A stretch of 64,000 bases of DNA, from the NCBI GenBank assembly GCA_035304485.1, contig DATGPZ010000082.1, forward strand, positions 570 through 64,569, in the 5' to 3' direction. The notes below the pieces were generated by a model. That model saw only the letters and a program-made list of their open reading frames with translations, was not told the origin of the DNA and searched no databases. Positions within the stretch are counted from its first letter, which is position 1. Every line of letters begins with the position of its first letter. Origin of the DNA: Acidimicrobiia bacterium (lineage in GTDB: Bacteria > Actinomycetota > Acidimicrobiia > Spongiisociales > ZC4RG35). This document shows, piece after piece, positions 48,086 through 57,685 of this stretch. A program made the translations under genes and the position numbers.

Positions 48086-48513
48086 TCCGTCGGGTCCTGT
48101 TCTCCGAGGGCGACGACCAGGGCCGTCGAGAGACCGACCACCACCAAGAAAACCCCGATATCGAACGGAAGGGCGCTGGTGGCCTTGACCTGTCCGAGCA
48201 CAGGCAGTTCCAACGTCAGCTTCGCCCCGTCGAGAAAGGTCTCTCCCCACACCCATCCCAGGAGCCCGGTAGTGATCGCCAGGGCCAGGCCGGTTCCCAT
48301 CAGCGCCTCTGATGGGAGTGCGACTACCTCCACGATCCCGGTCTTGCCTCGAGCCACGAAGCGCAGAGTCACGGCTATTCCCACTACGAGGCCGGCGACG
48401 AAGCCGCCGCCGGGTGCGTTGTGTCCCGTAAAGAGGAGGAACAGGGCGAAGACCAGGGCGGTTCGTGCGATGAGGTCGACGATGATGTCGAGGATGAGGG
48501 AACGGTGGATCAT
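48082..48513 (-). CDS. mrpB: Mrp antiporter subunit B
   Basis: MIHRSLILDIIVDL..., 143 aa, the C-terminal portion of the 650-aa track ORF. ATGA-coupled to mrpA. Confidence 0.65.
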   Translation of the reverse strand: MIHRSLILDIIVDLIARTALVFALFLLFTGHNAPGGGFVAGLVVGIAVTLRFVARGKTGIVEVVALPSEALMGTGLALAITTGLLGWVWGETFLDGAKLTLELPVLGQVKATSALPFDIGVFLVVVGLSTALVVALGEQDPTE

Positions 48514-50828
48514 CGATCGTCTTCCGTCATCTCGGGCGACAGGAGCCGATCGCCGTCGTCGCGACCGGCTCGAATCAAGGCGACCGCTCCCAGCGCTACC
48601 ACCGTCAGCACCGTGATTTCTCCGAGAGTGTCGAACCCTCGGAAGTCGGTGAGGATCACATTGACGACGTTGCGCCCCCCACCCTCCGGTTCGGCCAGTG
48701 TCATGTAGCGCCCGATGAGGGGCGAGTCCACCCGGCCGGCTGCCGCCCAGAATCCGAATGCTCCTGCCGTCAGCCCGGTCAACACTGAGATGATCAGCCG
48801 GTTGACCTGGCGCAGCTTCCATTCGATGTTCTCGAATTGGTCGGGCAGATGGCGCAGGACCATGACGAACAGGGCGAGCGTCAGAGTTTCGATCAGGAGC
48901 TGGGTCAGAGCGAGATCGGGTGCTCCCTGGATGACGAACAGAACCGCCACTCCGTATCCGACGGCTCCGAGAGAGAGTACGGCCGCCAATCGCCGCTGGA
49001 CCACGGTGGTCCAGAGTGCGGCGACGATCACAAGTGTCGCAGTCAAGGCCTGCCAGGGGGATTCCGTCAGTACCACGATGTCGGGTGTGAACCAGTGGCG
49101 GATCAGGACCGCACCGGGGACGACGATCGCCGTCGTGATGATCACACCGAGGTAGATCGGGAGAGAGCCATTCTGCACGACACCCGTGACGCGGTCGGCC
49201 AGGCGGTTGAGGTTCTTGATGGACGCCGAGTACACGGCGGTGGCCTCCGGGAGCCGGCGCGTGAGCCGATGCAAGGTCCTGAGAGGTCTTTTCCAGACCA
49301 GCAGACCTGCGCCGATGGCCAGGGCCGACAAGAGAAGGGGCATCCCGAATCCATGCCAAAGGGCGAGGTGTTCTTCGGAGGCTCCGGTAGCGACCGCTTC
49401 CGCCGCCGCTCCCACCAATCCGTCCTCGAGGGCTGGAAAGAGGCCACCCACGAGTGAGACGAGAGCGAGTAGGGCCGGAGCCAGGAGGAATGGCCACGTC
49501 GGATGCGGCACTTCCTTCCCAACGGTTTCGTCGGCGGGATCGGTGCCGTAGCTTCCGAAGGCGCCGAAGAAGTAGCGGAGGCCATATGCCGTTGTGAGGA
49601 TGGAGCCGAGGACCACGCCGGCGGTCGCTCCTCCTGAGACATGGAGGAGCGATTCGAGAGCGCTCTCCTTGGCCACGAAGCCCAGCAGTGGTGGCAGGCC
49701 GATCATCGAAGCCGTCACCACTGCTGCGACGCCAGCAGTGGCGGGCAGGCGGCGGCCCAGTCCATCCAGCCGCCGTATGTCGCGGGTGTGAGCCTGGTGG
49801 TCCACGATTCCGACCGTCATGAACAGAGCGGCTTTGAAGACGGCGTGGGCGAGGATCATCGCCATCCCAGCGAACGTGACGGCGGGAATGCCGAACCCCA
49901 CCAGAACCATGATGAATCCCAGTTGGGATACGGTTCCCTGAGCGAGGATCAGCTTCAGGTCGTGTTGAGACAGAGCTCTCCAACCGCCGACGAGCATCGT
50001 CACGAGCCCCACCGTCACCACGACTGGCCGCCACCAGAAGAACGCCGGAGCGAATGCGAAGGCGAGCCGGGCTACCAGGTAGATGCCCGCTTTCACCATC
50101 GTGGCGGAATGGAGATAGGCGCTCACGGGTGTCGGCGCCGACATGGCTCCCGGCAGCCAGAAATGGAAAGGGAACTGGGCCGACTTGGTGAAGGCACCGA
50201 GCAGGATGAGGCCGAGGCCTGCTCCGACTGCCGTGTTCACAGGAGGGTCCGCCACGATGGCGGACATCGAGTATGACCCGGCCTCCTGGGCGACGAGGAC
50301 GATCCCGGCCAGCATGGCCAGGCCGCCGCCGGCGGTGACGAGCAGAGCTTGGAGTGCTCCCGACCGAGCGCCGGCGGATCGGTCTTCGAAACCGATGAGC
50401 AGGTAGGAGGTGATGGAAGTGAGCTCCCAGAACGAGAAGAGGACCAGGAGGTTGTCGGCCACCACCAACCCGAACATCGAGCCGGCGAATCCCACCAAGT
50501 AGGCGGTGAAGCGGCCGAGATCGTCACGCTCTGCGAAATACCGCCACCCGTAGACGAAGATGGCGCAGCCGATGGCTCCGACCAGGAGCACCATCAGGGC
50601 TCCCAGTCCATCGAGGCGCAGGGAAAGATCCACGCCGAGGTCGGGTACCCACGAGATCTCGGTGGTGGAGACGCGGCCTTCCAACACCGCACCCACACCC
50701 ATCAGCAGCCATACGAGGGATGCCAGCGGTGCCAGGGCACCAACCAACATCACCCGACGCCCGAGGCGCTGTCCCAGAATGGCGGCAGCCGCCGCCACCA
50801 ATACATGGACGGTCAGAACTCCGATCAC
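48510..50828 (-). CDS. mrpA: Mrp antiporter subunit A (NuoL-like)
   Basis: 772 aa. NuoL/MnhA family with C-terminal MrpB-like extension. Confidence 0.85.
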   Translation of the reverse strand: MIGVLTVHVLVAAAAAILGQRLGRRVMLVGALAPLASLVWLLMGVGAVLEGRVSTTEISWVPDLGVDLSLRLDGLGALMVLLVGAIGCAIFVYGWRYFAERDDLGRFTAYLVGFAGSMFGLVVADNLLVLFSFWELTSITSYLLIGFEDRSAGARSGALQALLVTAGGGLAMLAGIVLVAQEAGSYSMSAIVADPPVNTAVGAGLGLILLGAFTKSAQFPFHFWLPGAMSAPTPVSAYLHSATMVKAGIYLVARLAFAFAPAFFWWRPVVVTVGLVTMLVGGWRALSQHDLKLILAQGTVSQLGFIMVLVGFGIPAVTFAGMAMILAHAVFKAALFMTVGIVDHQAHTRDIRRLDGLGRRLPATAGVAAVVTASMIGLPPLLGFVAKESALESLLHVSGGATAGVVLGSILTTAYGLRYFFGAFGSYGTDPADETVGKEVPHPTWPFLLAPALLALVSLVGGLFPALEDGLVGAAAEAVATGASEEHLALWHGFGMPLLLSALAIGAGLLVWKRPLRTLHRLTRRLPEATAVYSASIKNLNRLADRVTGVVQNGSLPIYLGVIITTAIVVPGAVLIRHWFTPDIVVLTESPWQALTATLVIVAALWTTVVQRRLAAVLSLGAVGYGVAVLFVIQGAPDLALTQLLIETLTLALFVMVLRHLPDQFENIEWKLRQVNRLIISVLTGLTAGAFGFWAAAGRVDSPLIGRYMTLAEPEGGGRNVVNVILTDFRGFDTLGEITVLTVVALGAVALIRAGRDDGDRLLSPEMTEDDR

Positions 50829-50946
50829 GGGTGGCGGGTCGGTAGATCGGGTCCTGTCACTACGGTGCTCCTCGGTCTGCGCCCACCATCTGTTCTGGTG
50901 CGCCCTGACGGATTATGGCGATGTGGTCGGGGTCCCCCAAGTCGAT

Positions 50947-52083
50947 CTACAACCCTGTCAGTGTGTCGTCGATCAACATGTCGACGACCCGCTCGAGGGC
51001 CTCTCGCTGGGATGCACCTGCGTCCAACGCCTGCCGATAGGTGTCCAGTTGACGTTGGGCGGAGGTGCCCTCCTTGGCGATGGTCCTTATGTGGTTGAGC
51101 TCTTCGGTGATCCCGAGTCGGCGGGCGTCCACCTCCGTCAACGCGAGCAGTTCCTCCACCAAGTCACGGAACTCGACCAGCTCCCCGCGCCCGTAGTCCA
51201 TCAGGGTTCCCTGCACCCCGTAGCGTTGCGCTCGCCACATGTTCTCGGAGATGAGCATGGGGGCGTAGGTGCGCCAGCGCTTGTTCTCGGTACGGAGCCG
51301 AAACAACATCTCCAAGAGTGACAGATAGAGAGCGGCCACCGCGATGGCGTCGATGAGGCGAGTGCACACGTCGGCGGCCCGCATCTCGAGCGTTGGATAT
51401 TTGTCAGAGGGGCGGATGTCCCACCACAGTTTCGAGGCGTCCTCGATGATGCCTGCCCTGACCAGAACCGCCACGTGCCGTTCGTACTCCGACCAAGAAC
51501 TGAACTCTTCCGGAATCCCCGTCCGCGGCATGGTCTGGAAGACGGAAAGCCGGTAGCACTTCAGACCGGTCTCGCGGCCGGTCCAGAAGGGCGAGGAGGT
51601 GGAGAGGGCGAGTATGTGGGGCAGGAAATAGCGGACCTGGTTCATCAGATCGATTCGGAGGTCCGGATCGTCGATTCCCACATGGACATGCATGCCACAT
51701 ATGACCAGACGCCGGGCGACCTGCTGGAAGTCCGAAGCCAAGCGGTCGTAGCGGGCGTCCTCCGTGTGTTCCTGATCCCACCACTGGGCGAACGGGTGGG
51801 TCGAGGAGGCCAGGATCGCGGCGCCGAATCGGGATACGACGTCCGATAGATCCCGACGCAACCGTGCCAGATCCTCGTGAGCCTCCCGAAGCGTCCGGCT
51901 CTTGCGGGTGCCCACTTCGATCTGGGCCTTCAGGAACTCGGGGCCCACCTGGGGTCCGAGAACCTCGCGAAGCCCTTCCCAGAGCTCAGGATCGGGATGG
52001 ACCACGAGCTCTCGGGTCTCGCGGTCCACGAGGAGATACTCCTCCTCGATCCCGATCGTGAAAGGTGGTCGTGTAACCGCCAA
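50947..52083 (-). CDS. ybdK: Carboxylate-amine ligase, glutamate-cysteine ligase family 2 (YbdK-like)
   Basis: 378 aa. GCS2 family N-terminal IGIEEEYLLVD. Confidence 0.8.
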   Translation of the reverse strand: MAVTRPPFTIGIEEEYLLVDRETRELVVHPDPELWEGLREVLGPQVGPEFLKAQIEVGTRKSRTLREAHEDLARLRRDLSDVVSRFGAAILASSTHPFAQWWDQEHTEDARYDRLASDFQQVARRLVICGMHVHVGIDDPDLRIDLMNQVRYFLPHILALSTSSPFWTGRETGLKCYRLSVFQTMPRTGIPEEFSSWSEYERHVAVLVRAGIIEDASKLWWDIRPSDKYPTLEMRAADVCTRLIDAIAVAALYLSLLEMLFRLRTENKRWRTYAPMLISENMWRAQRYGVQGTLMDYGRGELVEFRDLVEELLALTEVDARRLGITEELNHIRTIAKEGTSAQRQLDTYRQALDAGASQREALERVVDMLIDDTLTGL

Positions 52084-52110
52084 CTCGCCTCCTCCGGAAC
52101 CGCATCCACC

Positions 52111-52710
52111 CTACCGGGAGTCGAGTACCTCCCGTCGCCGCTGCTCGACCTCGTCTCGCACCCAGCAGTCAGCGTGGTGGTCATTGACCAGACCCATCGC
52201 CTGCATGAACGCGTATGCCGTCGTGGGTCCGACGAAGGTCCATCCCCGCCGCTTCAAGTCGCTCGCCAGCGCGATCGAACCGGCCGTCGTGGCCGGAACC
52301 ACCTCGGGCAGGCCCCGAAACTCGGCGAAGCGACTGAAGTAGGTGAACAGCGAGCCGGTTTCCGCTCTGAGTTCCTGGGCCCGGGCGGCGTTGTTGATGG
52401 CCGAGCGGATCTTTCCCTCGTGGCGGACGATGCCGGCATCGTCGAGGAGGCGGGCCACGTCGGCATCGTCGAAGCGGGCCACCTCGTCCAGGTCGAAGCC
52501 TGCGAAGGCCTCGCGGAAGGCGGGCCGTTTTCGCAGGATCGTCAACCAGGACAGACCCGCCTGAAACCCTTCCAGGCACAGCTTCTCGAAGAGCCGGTGG
52601 TCTTCGGTGACCGGAAACCCCCACTCGGTGTCGTGGTAGTCCCGGTAGAGGGCCGGTTCGGCTCCCCAGGCGCATCTCTCGTGTCCGTCCTCGCCGCGGA
52701 TCGTCCGGTG
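52111..52710 (-). CDS. tag: DNA-3-methyladenine glycosylase I
   Basis: Start MHRTIRGEDGHERCAWG. Tag zinc-binding and HhH family similarity. The track ORF is over-extended by 31 aa. Confidence 0.75.
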   Translation of the reverse strand, partial: HRTIRGEDGHERCAWGAEPALYRDYHDTEWGFPVTEDHRLFEKLCLEGFQAGLSWLTILRKRPAFREAFAGFDLDEVARFDDADVARLLDDAGIVRHEGKIRSAINNAARAQELRAETGSLFTYFSRFAEFRGLPEVVPATTAGSIALASDLKRRGWTFVGPTTAYAFMQAMGLVNDHHADCWVRDEVEQRRREVLDSR

Positions 52711-52778
52711 CATCGACGGCAGTATGCCAACTCTGATTCGATCCGACGGAGGCAGCGGTTGCGTACGGTGTACTGGAC

Positions 52779-54290
52779 ATGGAGAAGAGAACCCGCGCAG
52801 CAACGGCCGGCTCGCTGGCCGCGATGGCTGCCTTCGGAGCGAGTGAGCTGACGGCCGGGCTGCTCGGATCGGTGCCGTCGTTGGTCGAGTCCATCGGTGA
52901 TGTGATCGTCGATACCGTCCCGACGCCCATCAAAGACTGGGCGATAGCGGTGTTCGGGGTATACGACAAGCTCGCGCTCATCATCGGGATCATCGCGGTG
53001 GGCCTCCTGGTGGGGGCGGTGGTTGGGCTTCTCGCTGCCGGCAAGCGATGGGTGGGTCCCTTCGTGTTCGTCGTCTTCGGCGTAGCAGGGGTGGTCGCGG
53101 CGGTGTCCCAAGGCGAGTCGCTGTTGGGCTCAGTAGTCGGCGCGGCGGTGGCGGTGGCGGTCGGTGTGGTCGTGCTCGACTTCCTCCTCGAGCGCGCCGA
53201 GAGGCCTTCGCCCGAGATGGACGAGTCGCGGCGGAGGTTCCTCGTGACAGCAGGAGCGACGGTGGTGGTGGTCGCTCTCGCCGCCGGCACCGGTCGCATG
53301 CTGATCGGTCGGAGTCGTCGCCTGGCGGCACGCCGGGGAGCGGTGGACCTGCCGTCTCCTGTCGAGGCCGCCCCTGCGCCGGCTCCGGAGATGCAGATGG
53401 ACGTCGAAGGGCTGAGCTCGCTCGTCACCTCCAACTCGGACTTCTACCGAATCGACACCGCCCTTTCGATACCCCAGGTGGATATCGAGACGTGGACCTT
53501 GAAGATCACAGGAATGGTGGACCGGCCATACGAGATGGACTTCGAGGAGCTCCTGGCGATGGACATGGTCGAGCGCTACGTGACTCTCTCCTGCGTCTCC
53601 AACCGAGTGGGCGGGGATCTGGTGGGCAACGCCAAGTGGCTAGGGGTCCCACTGTCGGCGGTGCTCGATCGAGCAGGTGTGATCCCGGGAGCGAGCCAGG
53701 TCGTGGGCCGCGCCGTCGACGGCTTCACCGTCGGCTTTCCCACCCAAGCCGTGTACGACGGACGGGAGGCGCTGGTCGCGGTGGGGATGAACGGAGAGCC
53801 CCTCCCGGCCGAGCACGGCTTTCCGGCCAGGCTGGTCGTGGCCGGGCTGTACGGATACGTGTCAGCCACGAAATGGCTGGCCGAGATCGAGCTGACCACA
53901 TGGGACGACTTCGATGCCTATTGGGTCCCGAGAGGATGGTCGAAGGTCGGTCCGGTGAAGACCCAGTCGCGCATCGACACTCCGCGGTCGGGCGAACAGA
54001 TCGGCACCGAGCCGCGTGCCATCGCCGGGGTGGCATGGGCGCCGAACGTGGGCATCGAGCGTGTCGAGGTCCAGATCGACGACCAGGCCTGGGTGGAAGC
54101 GGAACTGGCGGAGTCCCTGGCCGATGACTCGTGGCGCCAGTGGAAGCTGGATTGGGCTCCTACGGCGGGACAGCACAGGATCCGAGTTCGGGCCACCGAC
54201 AAGTCCGGGTACACACAGACGGACCAGATGGCGCCGCCTGCGCCCGATGGAGCGACCGGCTGGCACACCATCCGTGTAACCGTCACCTGA
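52779..54290 (+). CDS. Membrane-anchored molybdopterin-dependent oxidoreductase (sulfite oxidase family, with C-terminal Ig-like domain)
   Basis: 503 aa. 3-4 N-terminal TM helices, then the SO-family Moco domain (VTLSCVSNRVGG with the conserved Cys). The stop is followed immediately by a GTCGGAA tract. Confidence 0.75.
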   Translation: MEKRTRAATAGSLAAMAAFGASELTAGLLGSVPSLVESIGDVIVDTVPTPIKDWAIAVFGVYDKLALIIGIIAVGLLVGAVVGLLAAGKRWVGPFVFVVFGVAGVVAAVSQGESLLGSVVGAAVAVAVGVVVLDFLLERAERPSPEMDESRRRFLVTAGATVVVVALAAGTGRMLIGRSRRLAARRGAVDLPSPVEAAPAPAPEMQMDVEGLSSLVTSNSDFYRIDTALSIPQVDIETWTLKITGMVDRPYEMDFEELLAMDMVERYVTLSCVSNRVGGDLVGNAKWLGVPLSAVLDRAGVIPGASQVVGRAVDGFTVGFPTQAVYDGREALVAVGMNGEPLPAEHGFPARLVVAGLYGYVSATKWLAEIELTTWDDFDAYWVPRGWSKVGPVKTQSRIDTPRSGEQIGTEPRAIAGVAWAPNVGIERVEVQIDDQAWVEAELAESLADDSWRQWKLDWAPTAGQHRIRVRATDKSGYTQTDQMAPPAPDGATGWHTIRVTVT

Positions 54291-54331
54291 GTCGGAAGTC
54301 GGACTGAGTCGGAAGTCGGAAGTCGGAAGTC
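54291..54331 (+). repeat. (GTCGGAA)n heptamer tract (2 + 4 copies) starting at the stop codon of the Mo-oxidoreductase gene
   Basis: tga gtcggaa gtcggac tga gtcggaa gtcggaa gtcggaa gtcggaa. Confidence 0.9.
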
Positions 54332-54335
54332 GGAA

Positions 54336-54721
54336 GACGCGTCTCACGTTCGAGTTCGTCGCGCGGTCCACCTTCGTCGGCGGGCGCGTCGGCGGTCCCG
54401 GTCATCACATGAGAGCGTTCCAAGCCGTCCTTGTCGCCCCGACGCGTCGACATCCAGCCGCAACACACAATGACCTCGCAATCCGTCCGATGGCGTCGAC
54501 GCGTCGACGGATCGGAGTGAGGCGTGCTGGTCTGCTCGCGGGACGAAGGGTCGGCCGATGCGTCGGTGATCCCGGCCATCACATGAGAGCGTTCCAAGCC
54601 GTCCTTGTCGCCCCGACGTGTCGCCGTCCAGCCGCAGCACACAATGATCTCGCGATCCGTCCGATGGCGTCGACGCGTCGACGGATCGGAGTGAAGCGTG
54701 CTGGTCTGCTCGCGGGCCGAT
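54336..54721. repeat. Two tandem copies of an approximately 181-bp unit, each carrying the 16-bp palindrome CGTCGACGCGTCGACG
   Basis: catcacatgagagcgttccaagccgtccttgtcgccccgacg...tccgatggcgtcgacgcgtcgacggatcggagtga[ag]gcgtgctggtctgctcgcggg occurs at about 54406 and about 54587 with about 93% identity. Confidence 0.85.
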
Positions 54722-54748
54722 TCCGACTTCCGACTTCCGTCTTCCGAC
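54722..54748 (-). repeat. (GTCGGAA)4 heptamer tract in inverted orientation, starting at the stop codon of the minus-strand gene 54749..55723
   Basis: Plus strand ttccgac ttccgac ttccgtc ttccgac tta. Read on the minus strand this is TAA GTCGGAA GACGGAA GTCGGAA GTCGGAA. Confidence 0.9.
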
Positions 54749-55723
54749 TTATTCGGCGTCTTGGGCGGAGACGGCCCAGGCGATGCCTTCGCTCGGGGAT
54801 TCGATCGCAACTCGCAACCACCATCCGATCTCGGGGCTGCCGTCGTGCCACAGGTACCAGCCGAGATCGTGGACGGCGTCACCGAGCCGATCCGGATCCG
54901 GCGGCCATTCCTCCCCGCCCAACTCGGTTGCCAGCCACCAAGCCGAGAAGCGTCCGGCGGCTCCTCCCCGGCGGCGTCCATGTGCCCCGCCGGAGGCTGC
55001 CGCCCAGGCGATCCAGGCCAGGGCTGTAGCCGGATCCACCCGCCTCAATGCGGCCCTTCGCAGCCCAAGTGCAGCCACCGCCCGCGACGCGTCACCCTCC
55101 ACGCATGTCGCCACGGAGCGTCCGTTGGACGAGTCGACCCAGTGTTCCGTGACCGCCTGCAGCGCCCGGATTCCGTCGGGGTCGTCGACGGGGGGACCGG
55201 GCTCGGGCAGCTCCTCGAAACTCCACTCCGGGAAGGGCGGGGTGGGCTCCTCCACTCGATCCGAGTGATAGATCGGAAATGTATATCGGGACTCCCAGTC
55301 GAGGAGCCGGAGGGGCAACTCCATGATCATCGAGTCGACGGATGCTCCCTCCAGGTCTTCGCCTCTCACCACCCTCTCATGAGCCACGAAGGCGCGTTCG
55401 GGGCCATCTTCCAGATGGGCGTCCAAATCGTCCCACGTGAGTCTGCCGGCGACCACCTCTGGCAGTGGCCCGAGGGTGAAGCGGGTGGGCCCCTCGGTGA
55501 CGGCCGGCCCGGCCGACTCCGGCGGACCGTCCAGCGCCAGGCGGTAGCGGATGTACTCGGGGATCGCCCAGAGTTGCTTGCCGCGCTCTACCGCTTCCTC
55601 ACACAGCAGGCGAACGGTGCGCATCGTCTGCCAATCCCGTCCCTGGACGAGGCCGTCCACGATCCTGACCAACTCGTCGGTGTCAGAACCCTCGATGGCT
55701 CTCCGGATCCTCTCGTCGGTCAT
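54749..55723 (-). CDS. Conserved hypothetical protein (Trp-rich C-terminus)
   Basis: 324 aa with consistent coding signal. No recognisable domain. ATGA-coupled to the downstream sulfurtransferase. Confidence 0.5.
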   Translation of the reverse strand: MTDERIRRAIEGSDTDELVRIVDGLVQGRDWQTMRTVRLLCEEAVERGKQLWAIPEYIRYRLALDGPPESAGPAVTEGPTRFTLGPLPEVVAGRLTWDDLDAHLEDGPERAFVAHERVVRGEDLEGASVDSMIMELPLRLLDWESRYTFPIYHSDRVEEPTPPFPEWSFEELPEPGPPVDDPDGIRALQAVTEHWVDSSNGRSVATCVEGDASRAVAALGLRRAALRRVDPATALAWIAWAAASGGAHGRRRGGAAGRFSAWWLATELGGEEWPPDPDRLGDAVHDLGWYLWHDGSPEIGWWLRVAIESPSEGIAWAVSAQDAE

Positions 55724-56544
55724 CGCGGGTCGGGGCCTGTGACCACGGGGAGCTCGGTGCGCGACCAGTCGGAGAACGAGCCCGGGTAGAGCCGAGGTCG
55801 TGGAAGCCCGGCGATCTCCATGGCGAGGGCGACATGGCAGGCCGTCACGCCGCTTCCACAGGAGACGATCACCGGCCGACGGTCCGCTCCCAAGGCGGAG
55901 AGCTGGTCCCGGAGTGTGGGTGCGGCCTTGAATCGCCCGTTGACGTCGAGGCTCTCCTCCCAGGGGTAGTTCACTGCGCCCGGAATATGACCTGCCTTGG
56001 GGTCGACGGGTTCGGTTTCGCCTCGATAGCGGTCGGGTGATCGAGCGTCCAGGAGGAGGTGGCTCCTCTCGTGTCTCACGAGCTCACGGTCCACTACGCC
56101 GGTGAAACCACGGGACGGCGCGGGATAGTGGGCGGGAATCGGTGCCTGCTCTCCCGATTCGACGCGGAAGCCGGCGTCGACCCATGCGTTCCATCCGCCG
56201 TCCAGGACCGCGACGTGGCCACGGTGGCCGATCGCCTCGAGCATCCACCAGAGGCGAGCCGCCACCCCGCCGCCGGTGTCGTCGTATACGACGACGTCGT
56301 CCCCTGGACGCAGACCGAACCCACCGAGTGTGGAGGCGAAATCGGCTGGGTCGGGGAGGGGATGACGTCCCGGCCCGGTGCCTGTGAGATCACGTTCCAC
56401 GTCCACGAACAAGGCACCTGGGATGTGTGCCTCCAGATAGCGCTTACGACCCGCCTCCGGATCGGTCAGGTCCCAACGGAGGTCGAACAGCGCTACTCGA
56501 CCGAGACTCTCGAGAAGCCGTGGGGCGTCGATCAGCGGACTCAC
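55720..56544 (-). CDS. Tandem-rhodanese sulfurtransferase (thiosulfate/3-mercaptopyruvate sulfurtransferase)
   Basis: 274 aa. Active-site loop CGSGVTACH. Confidence 0.8.
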   Translation of the reverse strand: MSPLIDAPRLLESLGRVALFDLRWDLTDPEAGRKRYLEAHIPGALFVDVERDLTGTGPGRHPLPDPADFASTLGGFGLRPGDDVVVYDDTGGGVAARLWWMLEAIGHRGHVAVLDGGWNAWVDAGFRVESGEQAPIPAHYPAPSRGFTGVVDRELVRHERSHLLLDARSPDRYRGETEPVDPKAGHIPGAVNYPWEESLDVNGRFKAAPTLRDQLSALGADRRPVIVSCGSGVTACHVALAMEIAGLPRPRLYPGSFSDWSRTELPVVTGPDPR

Positions 56545-56765
56545 GACCCTCCCTTGCGGAACACGAGGTTGAGAATGATCGAGATCACGATCGACACGAT
56601 GATCATCGATGTGATCGGGAAGTAGAAAGAGGTGCGCTCGCCCTCGTGGCGGATGTCACCGGGCAGATTCCCGAACCACGAGAGCAGCCACGGAGCGAAT
56701 CGCAGGATGGCTCCGAGGGCCACGACCGCGGCACCGATCCACATGAGGAGGGTTCCAGTTCTCAC
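56541..56765 (-). CDS. DUF2905-family small membrane protein
   Basis: 74 aa, two TM, FYFPITSMIIVSIVISIILNL. Confidence 0.55.
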   Translation of the reverse strand: MRTGTLLMWIGAAVVALGAILRFAPWLLSWFGNLPGDIRHEGERTSFYFPITSMIIVSIVISIILNLVFRKGGS

Positions 56766-56830
56766 GTCGACCTCGACCCGTCGAGACTCTCCATGCCCGG
56801 GATGGTAGAGAGGGGCTGGGCCCTCCTACA

Positions 56831-57676
56831 GTGAGCGGGGTGAAGCTCCATCTCATCGACGGCACCTTCGAACTGTTTCGGGCGTTCTACGGGCGCAAGG
56901 ACACCCGGCTTTCCCCCGACGGCATGGACGTGAACGCCACCCACGGGGTCCTGACCACCGCCATGAACCTGCTCCAGGAGCCGGGAGTCACCCACCTGGC
57001 AGCTGCCTTCGACACCATCATCGAATCTTTCCGAAACGACCTGTTCGCCGGCTACAAAACGGGCGAGGGCGTCGATCCGGCGCTCTTGGCCCAGTTTCCG
57101 CTTGCCGAGGAGGTGCTTGACGCCGCCGGGGTGACCGTGTGGGGAATGGTCGAATACGAGGCCGATGATGCCATCGCCACCGCCGCCGCTCGTTGGGTCG
57201 ACGAGGTCGATCAGGTCGTCATCTGCTCGCCCGACAAGGACCTCATGCAATGTGTCGTGTCCGATCGGATCGTGGTGTGGGACCGGATGCGGGATCGGTG
57301 GTTCGACGAGGCCGCCGTCGAGGAGAAGTTCGGGGTTCCGCCCGCTTCGATCCCCGACTACCTCGCACTCGTCGGCGACACCGCCGACGGGGTTCCAGGG
57401 CTGCCCGGGTGGGGTGCAAAGTCCACGGCCGCGGTACTCAGGCGCTGGGGTTCGATCGAGGAAATACCAGACGATCCGTCCGACTGGGAGGTGACCGTGC
57501 GGGGGGCCGAGAAGCTAGCCGCGGTCTTGGCAGAAAACCGGGAAGCCGCGCTCCTGTTCAAAGACCTGACCACCCTGAGACGCGACGTCCCCCTCGAGGA
57601 GTCTCTAGACGATCTGGAATGGCGAGGGGCAAGCGAGCCCGCGTTCTCCCAGATCTGTGAGCGTCTCGGATTCTGA
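56831..57676 (+). CDS. 5'-3' exonuclease (FEN/Pol I N-terminal domain family)
   Basis: 281 aa. MSGVKLHLIDGTFELFRAFY, acidic catalytic residues, H3TH motif. Confidence 0.75.
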   Translation: MSGVKLHLIDGTFELFRAFYGRKDTRLSPDGMDVNATHGVLTTAMNLLQEPGVTHLAAAFDTIIESFRNDLFAGYKTGEGVDPALLAQFPLAEEVLDAAGVTVWGMVEYEADDAIATAAARWVDEVDQVVICSPDKDLMQCVVSDRIVVWDRMRDRWFDEAAVEEKFGVPPASIPDYLALVGDTADGVPGLPGWGAKSTAAVLRRWGSIEEIPDDPSDWEVTVRGAEKLAAVLAENREAALLFKDLTTLRRDVPLEESLDDLEWRGASEPAFSQICERLGF

Positions 57677-57685
57677 GGTTCAACG

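Noticed and set aside
48082-50034. 650-aa minus ORF
   Set aside because: It is an alternate frame across mrpA. Only its last 143 codons (48082..48513) correspond to a real gene (mrpB).
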